From IMG/VR virus record IMGVR_UViG_3300031718_000012, positions 1-60,280 of that record: DNA of 60,280 nucleotides; one strand, written 5' to 3'. Each line of letters begins with the position of its first letter. The stretch's first letter is position 1. The position numbers and the translations under genes are program-made. The notes under the pieces were generated by a model that made no database searches, was not told the DNA's origin, and saw nothing but the letters and a program-made list of their open reading frames with translations. Origin of the DNA: a virus (taxonomy: Duplodnaviria; Caudoviricetes). Shown here one piece after another: positions 36,409 through 46,254 of the stretch.

Positions 36409-37902
36409 TTAAGAATTCACTGAAACCAAGACGTCGACTTCCTGTACGGCGCCCGCGAGTTTGACCGCGATTTGAATCGGCACACCGATTCGCGCCGACC
36501 GTTGGGCTTGGGTCTGCGAGGCCATCGACGGGCACCAGATGTAATAGCCCTTGCTGACCGTGTCTCCGGTATTGAGGGCCCCGAATCCCGCGGACGTCCA
36601 GGTGCCGGGAGCAAACAATCCGTTGTTTACGAATTGCTGAGCGACATTCGCGATCGCGGTGGTGATGGTCGCCATGCCGGGATCCGTTTGCGGAACCTTG
36701 GTCGGAGTCGTGAAAAGAACATTGAAGACCGCAGTCTGCGCCAGAATCGCGAAAACCAAAACGCCAATGACGGAATCGATGTACTGGCCCGAGCAGCATT
36801 GGCCCATTTCGATGATCGCCGTAGCGTTATTGTAGGCGACGTATACGTTGCAATTTTTGGCTTCGAGCGCGTTGACCTGCGTGATCGACAGGTTCTCCGG
36901 AGTGATGCCCGGCTCCTGTTTGTACATGAGCGTGATGGCCGAACCGCTCGCCTGGTAGTTGGTGGTGAGGATCCGGCCGAGCAAGCTGACGACGGCCGCG
37001 GAATTAGAAGACGAATACTGCACGCACGTCCGGTTGAGTCCCAACTGTTGCAGCAAATATGCGAGCGACGTGGTGTCGCCAGGAGTGAGCGTCGCCGCTT
37101 CCTGCGACGTCACACCGTAAAAGTGAATGTTGGCCGACGTCGCTTCGATATAAGGTCCGATCGCGAGCGCGTCGGCGTCCACGATTCCCAGCACGGTCAA
37201 ACCAAACCACAATTGGCCGAACAGCGAATCCATGAGCGTGACGCAGGTGATGGCGCTTTCGGCAACTAGGCCCGGCGCTTGGAACGAACCGGATGCGAGC
37301 TGCGAAAGTCCGGTCAACACCGAGATGTCGGTTCCCGAACCAGGCGCGGTGGCAAATGACACAGAAGACGCTGCACCGGTGGTGTTAGACGTAACGACGA
37401 AACGCTGATAAATCGCGTTCCAGACGATCGTTGCGCCAGTTAGTCCCCCTTGAATGACCGAGGCGACGGCGTTCATGTTTCCTACGGCCGAGAAGTTCAG
37501 TCCGGTCAAGTGTTCGACCGACCCGCCGTCGATCGTGATATTCATCGCGCCGGTGGTGATTGAGGTCCAGAAAGACGGAAGCTGCGAAGCCGCGGGAAGC
37601 GTCGCGCCGAGTAGCTGGCCGGCTGACGCAGTCTTGACCCAGCGACCGATTAAAAGTGAGGTGGGTTGCGGGTTCTGTGAGAACCAGAGAACGGCGGCGA
37701 GATATTCGGGGGCGCTCGTTCCGAAGTCGGCGGCCACTTGCGCGATCGACGTATAAGTCCGAATGCGCGTCACGGTGTCGATGACGGTGGACGACCCGAC
37801 GACCAGCATCGAATTGATGTTCTGCGCTTGCGCGGCCTGCGCTTGCAGCGAAACCTGGACGTTGATCAGTCGTGAAATCGGAAGCGTCGCGACACTCGAC
37901 AT
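36409..37902 (-). CDS. tail sheath protein (DUF3383)
   Basis: DFGTSAPEYLAAVLWFSQNPQP...MYKQEPG...KVPQTDPG...IAVKLAGAVQ. Confidence 0.9.
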   Translation of the reverse strand: MSSVATLPISRLINVQVSLQAQAAQAQNINSMLVVGSSTVIDTVTRIRTYTSIAQVAADFGTSAPEYLAAVLWFSQNPQPTSLLIGRWVKTASAGQLLGATLPAASQLPSFWTSITTGAMNITIDGGSVEHLTGLNFSAVGNMNAVASVIQGGLTGATIVWNAIYQRFVVTSNTTGAASSVSFATAPGSGTDISVLTGLSQLASGSFQAPGLVAESAITCVTLMDSLFGQLWFGLTVLGIVDADALAIGPYIEATSANIHFYGVTSQEAATLTPGDTTSLAYLLQQLGLNRTCVQYSSSNSAAVVSLLGRILTTNYQASGSAITLMYKQEPGITPENLSITQVNALEAKNCNVYVAYNNATAIIEMGQCCSGQYIDSVIGVLVFAILAQTAVFNVLFTTPTKVPQTDPGMATITTAIANVAQQFVNNGLFAPGTWTSAGFGALNTGDTVSKGYYIWCPSMASQTQAQRSARIGVPIQIAVKLAGAVQEVDVLVSVNS

Positions 37903-37914
37903 GGCTAAATCCTC

Positions 37915-38565
37915 CTACAAATTGAAAGGCCCGATGCCGTAGGGCAGTTGCCCGTATCCCGGCTCGACCTTGAAGTCTTGTTTACCGCCCTCGCCGGCAT
38001 CGACGCAGAACGGGACACCAATCAAATTCGGCGACTTGTACTTGTAAATCTGTTGGCGGCGCAAACTGAATCGCACGTCTTCGCCTCGAAGCCACTTATT
38101 CTTGACCAGTGCGGGAGCCGTGACGGTTTCGCGCACCAAAATCAAGTTAAAACCGTTTTGCATGAGCTGATATCGATTCTGTTCTAACGCAATACCGATT
38201 GCAAACACTTCGCTGTTGGCTTGTGCCTTAGGACCATAGAAGCTCGCCAAAATTTCGAGCTCCTGATTTCGAATCACGCGATCGTGCGAAAGGTCGAAGT
38301 TAATCGGCGACGTGTGATGGTCGACGAAAGCGAACGCCGGCCGAGTGCGTGTCAGCCCTCCGACCGCGGCCCACGAAACATCGCGTTCGGGCGGGTCGGG
38401 TGGATTCTCCTGCCAGCGCGGTCGGACTAAATCGCCATCCAGTCCGGTAATCTGCGCGACGGTTTGCTGCATCAATCGATCGAGCAGCAAATCGTTCAGC
38501 TCGCCGTTGGTTGAATACGGCGGCGTGAATGCGCCAGGGCCAGGTTGGATTTCGGGTTCGATCAT
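37915..38565 (-). CDS. neck/tail terminator protein
   Basis: ITGLDGDLVRPRWQENPP...ILASFYGP...QNRYQL. Confidence 0.8.
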   Translation of the reverse strand: MIEPEIQPGPGAFTPPYSTNGELNDLLLDRLMQQTVAQITGLDGDLVRPRWQENPPDPPERDVSWAAVGGLTRTRPAFAFVDHHTSPINFDLSHDRVIRNQELEILASFYGPKAQANSEVFAIGIALEQNRYQLMQNGFNLILVRETVTAPALVKNKWLRGEDVRFSLRRQQIYKYKSPNLIGVPFCVDAGEGGKQDFKVEPGYGQLPYGIGPFNL

Positions 38566-38969
38566 TCCCGCGCCTTCGTCGGGCGGTCGACCATGTCGGT
38601 CGACTCGCAGGTACATTGCACAAATCCCTTCGCGAAATTCGAATAGTCCTTCACATCCGTCACCAGGAACTGATTGCCGTTCCACTCAATGACGTCCGGC
38701 TGGAACTGGACCTGGTCGGTCGTTTCCGATTCGCCGCGCAGCGCGAACCGCGTGATGATGACAATCGTTTTGGCGTTGACCTGGCGCGCGGCCTCGCGGG
38801 TCAAACCTTCCTGGCCATCGGGATAAATGACGCCGCGAACATTCGGGATGCGGTTGATGGTCATCTTCCCTTCGCCGAAATTGTTCACGACCTGCTGTCG
38901 CCGCAAAACGATGCAGGTGTCGAGCGTGTACGGATTCGTCAGCGCGACAGACAAATCCATCATCGGCAT
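38562..38969 (-). CDS. head closure / head-tail adaptor
   Basis: VLRRQQVVNNFGE...QPDVIEWNG; synteny. Confidence 0.7.
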   Translation of the reverse strand: MPMMDLSVALTNPYTLDTCIVLRRQQVVNNFGEGKMTINRIPNVRGVIYPDGQEGLTREAARQVNAKTIVIITRFALRGESETTDQVQFQPDVIEWNGNQFLVTDVKDYSNFAKGFVQCTCESTDMVDRPTKARE

Positions 38970-39496
38970 CAGCGTGTACTCGGTCGCAGCACATACGAAT
39001 AGTGCTGCAGAAGTTGCGCGGTATCGATGAGCGGCTTCGTTCCGGTGCGGCCGCGACGCCGGCGAGCTGCCAAGGTCGATGCGTCGAGCGGCGCGAATGG
39101 CCCGGTCTGCATTTTATTCTGGACGCCCGAAACCGCGATTTGCCCGACCGCGTGAAGATTGCGTTCGACTCCGGTCGCGCTTCCTTTCAGCGCTTCGAGC
39201 GCGGCGGCTTTTAGGTACGGCATGAACTTCGGTTCGGCGTCGAGGATCCCGGGCTCGAGATGCGGCCGCGCGGGAATATTTTGCGTGGGGCTACCGAAGT
39301 TGTGAATGTATGCGAGTGCGGCGTTCCCGATTGCGGTTGGCTTTCCAGTGGCCGGGTCCGGGTCCCGGTAATCTTTTTCCTGCGGGATGCCGACGAGGAC
39401 GTCGGTCTTCGTGAGCGCCGCGACGCCGCGCGCGAGCTGCGCGGAATTGTCGGTGACCTTGATGGACGAAACCATTTTGATCAGTGGTCGCGGCAT
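38969..39496 (-). CDS. neck / tail completion protein
   Basis: VLVGIP...NAALAYIHNFGSPTQNIPARP...KPLIDTAQL. Confidence 0.8.
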   Translation of the reverse strand: MPRPLIKMVSSIKVTDNSAQLARGVAALTKTDVLVGIPQEKDYRDPDPATGKPTAIGNAALAYIHNFGSPTQNIPARPHLEPGILDAEPKFMPYLKAAALEALKGSATGVERNLHAVGQIAVSGVQNKMQTGPFAPLDASTLAARRRRGRTGTKPLIDTAQLLQHYSYVLRPSTR

Positions 39497-40014
39497 CAGT
39501 TTCCGAAGGTGGTAATTCCAGGGCGGGTATTGGGTCCGGAGTACGCTGGACCTCCGTCCGAAGCTCCGGGAACTGTTCCAGCAATGCAACCATCTGGGCC
39601 AACTTGGATAGGGCCCATTCCAGCCAACTGCAGGAGTCGGTAGAAACGAGTACCGTATGTCGTGAGGTTGTAATTGCCGGCTCCTTCCTCGAGAGTGTCG
39701 GGCACATCGTAACTGAGATTGACGTCGCCCGCGCCTTCGGCCGAAATCGCGCCCTTCGAAATTCCCGGCCATCCCCCGGCTTGCGCGGAGCTCTGCGCCT
39801 GAGCCTCGAGCACCATATTGTGCGCGGCAAAAAGTTCGGTGGCCAGATACAAAATGTTGGGATCAACGAACCGTTCAGGGCGAAGAAGGAAAGAAGCGAC
39901 CGCCAGCCAATAATTTAGTGTTGAAGGAAGATACGTGGTGGCGTTCGCGAATTCAGGAAAGTCTTCGCGGAATTGCGCGACGGTTACGACGGGAGTAATG
40001 TTTGCAAACGGCAC
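39496..40014 (-). CDS. DUF4054 head-tail adaptor
   Basis: FREDFPEFA...LFAAH...YNLTTYGTRF. Confidence 0.85.
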   Translation of the reverse strand: MPFANITPVVTVAQFREDFPEFANATTYLPSTLNYWLAVASFLLRPERFVDPNILYLATELFAAHNMVLEAQAQSSAQAGGWPGISKGAISAEGAGDVNLSYDVPDTLEEGAGNYNLTTYGTRFYRLLQLAGMGPIQVGPDGCIAGTVPGASDGGPAYSGPNTRPGITTFGN

Positions 40015-40020
40015 CGGGCC

Positions 40021-40299
40021 TCACGTTTGTTTCCAGAGCGCGGCGTTGCGGCGATTGATTTCCGCTGCCGTAATTTTTACCGGAACGGTTTCTTCCGCGT
40101 CGATCGTCGGCTGGTACGACTGCGTCGATCCCGCGCCAGATCCCGCGCCGTTCCCAACCAGGGGCACCTGATAATCGGCCGATTTGCGCGCTTCGTTTTC
40201 GGCGATCGCCACAGCTTGTTTCTCCGGCTTCCCTGCATGGCGCTCGGTCGCGATGTTTTGAGAAATGGTCGCCTGCGAACTGCCCTCTTTTAGCGGCAT
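40021..40299 (-). CDS. small head-associated phage protein
   Basis: [16 protein letters not shown]...KQAVAIA motif common in phage head modules. Confidence 0.7.
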   Translation of the reverse strand: MPLKEGSSQATISQNIATERHAGKPEKQAVAIAENEARKSADYQVPLVGNGAGSGAGSTQSYQPTIDAEETVPVKITAAEINRRNAALWKQT

Positions 40300-40307
40300 G
40301 CGACTCC

Positions 40308-40811
40308 TTACTTATCGAAGCCGAGTCCCGTCGCGATGGGCTTCTTTTGCTGGTTGCCGCGATTCGACTTCATCTCTTCCGCTTTTTTGTTGATGGTGTA
40401 ATTCTTGTGCGCAAGAATCGTTTTCGTTCCTTCCTCGTCGACGATTTTGGTAGCTGCTTCGCGGTCGGGAGTTTCGCCATCGGCGACTTGTTCCGACATG
40501 AGCCAGCTGATCGCTTCCTCGCGCAGCGGATTGACTTGCGTCGCCGCGCCGGCTTCGCTCCCGACTTCCGAGGCGGGCCGCATGTTGGCGACGATGTATG
40601 GATGGTTCTTCAGCTCGACCGCGACGGCGTTCATGCCCTTGAAGTAGTCGATCGTTTCCCCCTGGTGCAAGGTAAGCGTGAACGGCGAGTCGGCGAACAT
40701 CAGAACTTTGTCGCCCGAGAGCTGCGCCAGGTGGGGAACTTCGGGCATGGGCTTCAAGTGCGGGAATCGCTTCTGAACTTCTGCTCGCGTCGGGGGAGTG
40801 CTGGTTTCCAT
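40308..40811 (-). CDS. hypothetical protein following the capsid gene
   Basis: AGGAG RBS, synteny. Confidence 0.65.
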   Translation of the reverse strand: METSTPPTRAEVQKRFPHLKPMPEVPHLAQLSGDKVLMFADSPFTLTLHQGETIDYFKGMNAVAVELKNHPYIVANMRPASEVGSEAGAATQVNPLREEAISWLMSEQVADGETPDREAATKIVDEEGTKTILAHKNYTINKKAEEMKSNRGNQQKKPIATGLGFDK

Positions 40812-40883
40812 GGCTTTTGTCTCCTAAAGCTACGGGCCGGATTATGAGTCCGGCCCGCGAAAGTTGTCAACGACGACCGGCGT

Positions 40884-42062
40884 TTAGATCTGGTCGAAGT
40901 AGCCGACGGTCTGGGGGTACACGAATTCCATGACGCCCAGGCGGCAGAAATAGGTGGTCTTGTGGTAGATCCCGTCGTACTGAATCGGAGTGCGCTGCAA
41001 CATGGTCATCGGGAAACGGACCTTGTCGTAGGCCTTGGTGTACACGATCATCCGATCGACCGTGTTCAGCGTTCCGATCGTGCCGCCGGCTCCTGCGCCG
41101 ATCGCCCACTTGAGCGGAAGAATTTCGAGCTTCGCGCCGCCGTTCTGCTCGAGCAGGTTGTTGTCTTCGATGTACTTCTTGATCGATACGTTCCCCGCGT
41201 TTGAAACTTTCGCCGTGGAGATGTAGCCGTATTGAACTGGAGGAAGCAGGATCCGGTTCGACATGATGGCGAAGCCCGACGCCGTCCAGACCGAGACGAG
41301 CGCGGTGTTGATGTCGGCCAGAATTTCATCCGGCGATTTGCTGACCCACTGCGTGAAGCCGGCTGCGCCCGCCGGGACGTTGGTCTTCGTCACGTTCGGG
41401 TTGGTGATTAGGCCCTGGTCGCCGGTGGACGTATCGCCGATGTAGACCTGTTCGTCGATGTCCATCTGGTGCTTGAGCGACATGCCCTGGAATTTCTGCA
41501 CGTCGATGGGACGGCCGAGTTTCGCCGCGCTCTCGAGTTCCGGAATCGTGTACTTCAATTCCGTGCCCCAGAGGCGCAAGGGCGAAACGAACTTGCCGAT
41601 GTCGACGCCGATGCCGGTAATTTGCGACGTGTTCTTTCCGATCCACGCCTTACCGTTGCCGATGCCGTTCCCCGCGCCCAGGCCTCCGGACGCGCCGTAG
41701 GTCGAAGCAGTGAAGCTCGACACTTCGTCGGCGAGCGTGACGTCTTCGCGCAAGTCGATGTCGCGGCCCCAGGTGACGGCGGCGAGAGGGTTGTGGAGCG
41801 TCTGATCGAGGCGTTCCAATTCTCCGATCAGGAACGCGCCCGTCGAGTCATAGGTGCGCGTCGACCCCGAAGCGGAATCGTAAACGTCGCACGGGCGACC
41901 GAAGCGCATCCCGGCATGCGTGGGGATATTGTCTCCGCACAGACCGTGGTCCATGACCATGCTCGTCTGGTCGAACGTCATGAGCTGGTCATTGGTCCGA
42001 CGGCGCCCCGCGAATTCTCCGCCACGCACCGGGCGGGAAAACAAGCTCTTGAGTGATCGCAT
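40884..42062 (-). CDS. major capsid protein (DUF2184 / HK97 fold)
   Basis: AFLIGELERLDQ...WGRDIDLRED...YTIPELESA...DEQVYIGD...GVMEFVYP. Confidence 0.9.
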   Translation of the reverse strand: MRSLKSLFSRPVRGGEFAGRRRTNDQLMTFDQTSMVMDHGLCGDNIPTHAGMRFGRPCDVYDSASGSTRTYDSTGAFLIGELERLDQTLHNPLAAVTWGRDIDLREDVTLADEVSSFTASTYGASGGLGAGNGIGNGKAWIGKNTSQITGIGVDIGKFVSPLRLWGTELKYTIPELESAAKLGRPIDVQKFQGMSLKHQMDIDEQVYIGDTSTGDQGLITNPNVTKTNVPAGAAGFTQWVSKSPDEILADINTALVSVWTASGFAIMSNRILLPPVQYGYISTAKVSNAGNVSIKKYIEDNNLLEQNGGAKLEILPLKWAIGAGAGGTIGTLNTVDRMIVYTKAYDKVRFPMTMLQRTPIQYDGIYHKTTYFCRLGVMEFVYPQTVGYFDQI

Positions 42063-42109
42063 GTCGTTACGCTCCCGTTACAGATTCAAAATCTGCTGCT
42101 GCAAAATTG

Positions 42110-42757
42110 TTAGAACTTCAGTTCGACGAGGCCATCTGGACCGGCCGGGCCGTTGAAATAAACGCTCGGAACCGGAAGGGCGATGGTCGAACCGCCGGTG
42201 GACGACACTTCGAATCCACCCTGGACGTGCGCGCCGCTCGAGGCCGCAACCCAAACGAAAACCGGAGCGCCTTTGACGATCGCGCCCGTGCCCGATTGCG
42301 CAACGATGACGTAGCCCGACTTCAACACGTCGATGACGCCGGCCGGCGGTACACCCGCGGTTGGTGCGCTGGTCGGACCGGAAATCGCGACGGCGCCGAA
42401 ATTCGAAGTCGAAGACGGCTGAATCGGGAAAGGACGAACCGCGACGCCCGCGATATTCGTCAGGCCGGTGTCGCCCGCGACCATGCCGCGATAGGCGTTC
42501 GGCGTGTTGCCGGTCAGTGAGAAATACACCGCCAGGCCGTAGGCCCCGACCGGGTTCGTCGTGTCCTGCAAGCCCTGCTCAATCCAGAACGGGTGTGATC
42601 GATTGACGTCGCCCTGGAATCCCGTGCCCATCCGGAAACCGAATGACACGCCGTCGTGGGTGCGCCGACGCATGACCAGGAGATTTCCCTTTCGATCGCG
42701 CATGTGCGGCGTCGGGGAGAAGCTGCCAACCAGTGCTCGCATGGTTTCGAATTTCAT
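42110..42757 (-). CDS. capsid decoration/cement protein
   Basis: RMGTGFQGDVNR...GVAVRPFP...DVLKSGYV; between scaffold and capsid genes. Confidence 0.75.
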   Translation of the reverse strand: MKFETMRALVGSFSPTPHMRDRKGNLLVMRRRTHDGVSFGFRMGTGFQGDVNRSHPFWIEQGLQDTTNPVGAYGLAVYFSLTGNTPNAYRGMVAGDTGLTNIAGVAVRPFPIQPSSTSNFGAVAISGPTSAPTAGVPPAGVIDVLKSGYVIVAQSGTGAIVKGAPVFVWVAASSGAHVQGGFEVSSTGGSTIALPVPSVYFNGPAGPDGLVELKF

Positions 42758-42800
42758 GGTCTATCGGCTCCTTGATTCAAAATCGGTTCACAAAACTCTT

Positions 42801-42830
42801 TGCCGTTCAGTTGAATTCAACTTAACGGGC
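42801..42830. repeat. 30-bp palindrome, copy 2 of 3
   Basis: TGCCGTTCAGTTGAATTCAACTTAACGGGC. Confidence 0.65.
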
Positions 42831-44249
42831 GTTTTGGCGATTCCAGAATTCCGCGTTCGCCTTGTTCACATCCGTGATCGAGCGGATCTTGCCCTTGCCG
42901 GAATCGGCCGTTGCGGCTGCGCCGTTCGCGCGAGCCGGCTGCGCTTGGTTAGCAACTTTCTTCGCCGCGCCCACCGCGTTGAATAGCGTGCGCGTTTCGT
43001 GGCTCGACAGTTTCTCGATACCATCGGCGGTAATTTCGCGGCCGCGAATGGCCCACGTGAGCTGGCACGTTGCCGCATCGAGCAATCCGAGTTTCAGCGC
43101 GCGCTTGCGCAGACCGGTGACGGCTTTCAGCGTGACCGTCGGCTTGGCTTTTGAATCGAACGTTGCGAGCTGCACGCCAGGGGCGATGATTTCGGCTGTC
43201 GCGAGCGTCTGTTGGAACGAACCTTCGAGGACCGCGGAGTCGCCGGTGAGCGAGATGGCCGAGTCGCCGGTTCCCGGCGGCACTTCCTCGGACATTTCGT
43301 CCTTGGCTTCTTTTTCCTCTTTTTCCTTTTCCGCTTCGGCGTCCTTCGAGGCTTTGTCCTCGGACTCGGTCTTGCCTTTCTTGAGTTCCTCGATCGAGTC
43401 CATGACTTTCTTGAACGAGTCGTCGATTTTCTTTTCCATCTCGCCGAACTTGCCCTCGATCGCGGCGTCGTTCCACTTGGGAGCGCCATCACCCGGGGCC
43501 GTCGACGTTCCGGCTTTGCCCGGTTCGCCGCCGATATGGAAGTGCTGTTCGACCTTGTGACCTTCATCCGCGGAGTCGTACGTCATGGCCGTCGCTTCCG
43601 TCGGAGCTGCGGCCAGAATCGCGTCGATGTTTTTCTTGGCATCGCCGGTCAGCTTGGAAGCGGCGCAGCGCAGGGATTCCAGAAAGTTTTTCTTGGACAT
43701 TTCGTTTCCTCCGAATTTTTCATCGCCGACACGACACGTTGAACCGCATCGCGCCATATCGACCAGCGCCACATGGTTCACGATGATATTTTTCTGATAA
43801 CCGCGCCCCGGCTCCGTCTGGAAATAGTCGCAGTCGTATCCGCAGGACAGCTCGACCTTGCCCCCGTCGATTTCTTCGATCGCATCGGCATCCATGACCA
43901 CGACATCAGCGACCAGGTAATCCGAGAGGTCGCCTTTGCCCCGGCGAGGATCCAGCACGATTCCGATCGCCAATTCCTTGAAATTGGTGGGATCCACTGG
44001 GTGGTGGAAACTGATCAGCGGCTTTGCGTTCGCGCTCGCAATCGTTTCCGGCCGGAACACTTCATCTTCGTGGCGCTCGATCGTGACCAGGCCGCGTTCG
44101 TCGCCCTTGAGGTGAACTTCGGCTTCGGTGTAAATCTGCTCGCCGATGCGCGCGATCGGTGATTCGGGGAAAACGTAGAAACCCTCGGGCGTCTTCCACT
44201 TTTTCGCCGAGAGCTTTTCGGTTGTGTAGAACCGCATCGCCACGCGCAT
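42822..44249 (-). CDS. DUF2213 prohead protease-scaffold
   Basis: TPEGF...PIARIGEQIY...ELSCGYD...NHVALVDMARCG, then acidic scaffold region. Confidence 0.9.
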   Translation of the reverse strand: MRVAMRFYTTEKLSAKKWKTPEGFYVFPESPIARIGEQIYTEAEVHLKGDERGLVTIERHEDEVFRPETIASANAKPLISFHHPVDPTNFKELAIGIVLDPRRGKGDLSDYLVADVVVMDADAIEEIDGGKVELSCGYDCDYFQTEPGRGYQKNIIVNHVALVDMARCGSTCRVGDEKFGGNEMSKKNFLESLRCAASKLTGDAKKNIDAILAAAPTEATAMTYDSADEGHKVEQHFHIGGEPGKAGTSTAPGDGAPKWNDAAIEGKFGEMEKKIDDSFKKVMDSIEELKKGKTESEDKASKDAEAEKEKEEKEAKDEMSEEVPPGTGDSAISLTGDSAVLEGSFQQTLATAEIIAPGVQLATFDSKAKPTVTLKAVTGLRKRALKLGLLDAATCQLTWAIRGREITADGIEKLSSHETRTLFNAVGAAKKVANQAQPARANGAAATADSGKGKIRSITDVNKANAEFWNRQNAR

Positions 44250-44255
44250 TGCTCC

Positions 44256-44328
44256 AAAAAAAAACGGCCACCGACCCGGTTAGGGTCGATGGCCGTCAGA
44301 GTTGGTCCCGTCTAGCGGGAGCTCAGAT
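44256..44328 (-). promoter_or_regulatory. conserved structured element plus intrinsic terminator (copy B)
   Basis: ATCTGAGC-TCCCG-loop-CGGGA-CCAACTCTG then ACGGCCATCGACCC-TAACC-GGGTCGGTGGCCGT and a T tract. Confidence 0.8.
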
Positions 44329-44344
44329 TGGGGCCGCTAAACTT

Positions 44345-44851
44345 TTACAGAACGCCTTTGTTCGAACTCGCTACCACCTGCGCCGTGCAAGACGTCCCGG
44401 TGAAGGTGCCACTCGAAACAATTTCGAAACCGGTATAGCCCGCAAGGTTCACGGTGTAATTCACGGCGGTCACGTTGAAAGCGGGGAACGCGGCTCCGGT
44501 GACGATCACGGGTACGTTCGAAGTGTAGACGCCGGCGAAATAGGGAATCGCGAAATAGTTCGTCTTGGTGGGCCCGACGTCGGCGGTCGCCTTGATCTGC
44601 AGGGTGCAAGCGGTCGCGGTCCCGGAAATTATCACCTGGGCGGTGGAGACGCCGCCGATGAGCTGAGTCTTGGTCTGCGAGGTCGCGGTGAAGACCATCG
44701 CGGGGTATTGCACGTTCGGAAGGAGTATCGCTTGTGAACCGGGGTAGTTCGGAGTTTGTGCTGTCAGATGCCGCTCGGCGAAACCGCCGACGATGAGCAA
44801 CGCGGCCATCACTGCGATCGAAGAAATTTTTCGGAGCCAGGTGTTATTCAT
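44345..44851 (-). CDS. signal-peptide-bearing beta-sandwich-like protein in the head module
   Basis: MNNTWLRKISSIAVMAALLIVGGFAERHLTA-Q; two Cys; GGAGG RBS. Confidence 0.7.
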   Translation of the reverse strand: MNNTWLRKISSIAVMAALLIVGGFAERHLTAQTPNYPGSQAILLPNVQYPAMVFTATSQTKTQLIGGVSTAQVIISGTATACTLQIKATADVGPTKTNYFAIPYFAGVYTSNVPVIVTGAAFPAFNVTAVNYTVNLAGYTGFEIVSSGTFTGTSCTAQVVASSNKGVL

Positions 44852-44868
44852 TTCGCATTTCCTCCGGG

Positions 44869-45463
44869 TCAGTCCCCATACTGGAGAACAAAGGCCGCGT
44901 TGTACAGGATTAAATTATTCGCGTTGTCGAATTGCGGCAAGGCGTTCGGAAAAGTAAATAGCACCGTCGTGCCGTTGAGCTGCACCGTGACGTTCGCTAG
45001 GTCGCCGACGATGCCCTCGCCCGTGATGGCTGGATCCACGATTCCGGTGGGAAGGTTCCCGCGAAAATCTTCGCTGACTGGGGCCACGCTGCAATCGATC
45101 GAAAGCGTGGTTGATTCACCGTCGGAATTAAAGGGAACGTTGTATTGCTTTCCGGGCGTGTTCACACTCTGGAATCTAAGTACGATCTGCGGAATTGTCA
45201 ACTGCGGTTGTCGAATCCGCTATCTGGTAAAACTCGAATTTAATATTTTTTATCTTGGTAGAAATCCAGTCGTACATCTCGGGGGCCCCTACAACAGAAA
45301 CTCTTTGCCTAAGAATATCCGTCTGACGTTTAGTCAGGCGGATTCGGCATATGCCGTCGGTTGAGCAACAGATTTTGCGCAAATCTTCAAATATTTCCGA
45401 GGGGGTCTTTCGGTCCCACTTAGCTGAGCCAGCAGCGCCGATGATGCTAATTTCCACCTTCAT
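44869..45463 (-). other. two small hypothetical genes (44869-45201, 45176-45463)
   Basis: Operon-oriented ORFs between head morphogenesis and 44851. Confidence 0.5.
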
Positions 45464-46254
45464 CGAATCACATCCGGAATAATCGGCTCCGCGTAGCAGC
45501 GACAATTCGGGCCTTGGCCTGGGTGGTATCGCATCCCATCGGTCCCGGCGACCGGCGGATTTTTCCACGCGAAAGTTTTCCCATCGAGCTTCCGATGCTC
45601 GGCGCGCACATCCGAATCGTGAACCGTGTGCCAGACGTAATGCGTTGAGCCGATATATCGCGCGCGCGATTCCTGCAGGAGAGCCGCGGTCCGCGAAGTC
45701 TCGGTGCGTGCAATCAGTTTCGCGCGGCCGATTGTTACCTGGCCCGACTTCATGATTTCTTTTTCGATTTCCGAAGCGCGCGTGGAATTCATCAAGCCTT
45801 CGGTCGTGAGTTTGTGGATCCTCTGCGCGGCTTCGGTGGGCAGCGAAGTAATCAGGTGAACCTGTTCGGACAGCGCCGTGCGGAACAATTCGCCCGTCGG
45901 TGCGGTGCGTAACTCTTTGCGCAACGACCGCGCCATTTCCTTCGACAGTTCGGTCCAGGTCCCGAGGTCGCGCTTCTTGACTTGCTCGTGCATACGCTCG
46001 GTGACTGCGCGCGCCCAGGGCCGGATCAGCTCGGCATATCGGTTGAGCATCGTGGTTAGCTCCGACACGTTCTTGACTTTCCCGCCGGGAGCCATGCCGT
46101 CGACGAGCGTTCCAACTTTTTTGGCGACGGCGACGAGCTGGCGCTGGAATGATTTTTCAGCGGCGCGCGCGCGGGTGAATTGCTGCTCGGCGATTCGCCG
46201 GCGTTGAAGCGGGGTGAGTTTCTTCGGCTTAGGCGTTGGCTTTTTTGGCGGCAT
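45460..46254 (-). CDS. head morphogenesis protein (Mu gpF / SPP1 gp7 family)
   Basis: RAKLIARTET...YVWHTVHDSDVRAEH...HPGQGPNCRC. Confidence 0.9.
   Translation of the reverse strand: MPPKKPTPKPKKLTPLQRRRIAEQQFTRARAAEKSFQRQLVAVAKKVGTLVDGMAPGGKVKNVSELTTMLNRYAELIRPWARAVTERMHEQVKKRDLGTWTELSKEMARSLRKELRTAPTGELFRTALSEQVHLITSLPTEAAQRIHKLTTEGLMNSTRASEIEKEIMKSGQVTIGRAKLIARTETSRTAALLQESRARYIGSTHYVWHTVHDSDVRAEHRKLDGKTFAWKNPPVAGTDGMRYHPGQGPNCRCYAEPIIPDVIR

Noticed and set aside
40834-40857. Hairpin GGGCCGGA-TTATGAG-TCCGGCCC after the capsid gene as another copy of the terminator element
   Set aside because: Lacks the ATCTGAGC/CCRACTCTGA words; likely an ordinary stabilising hairpin.
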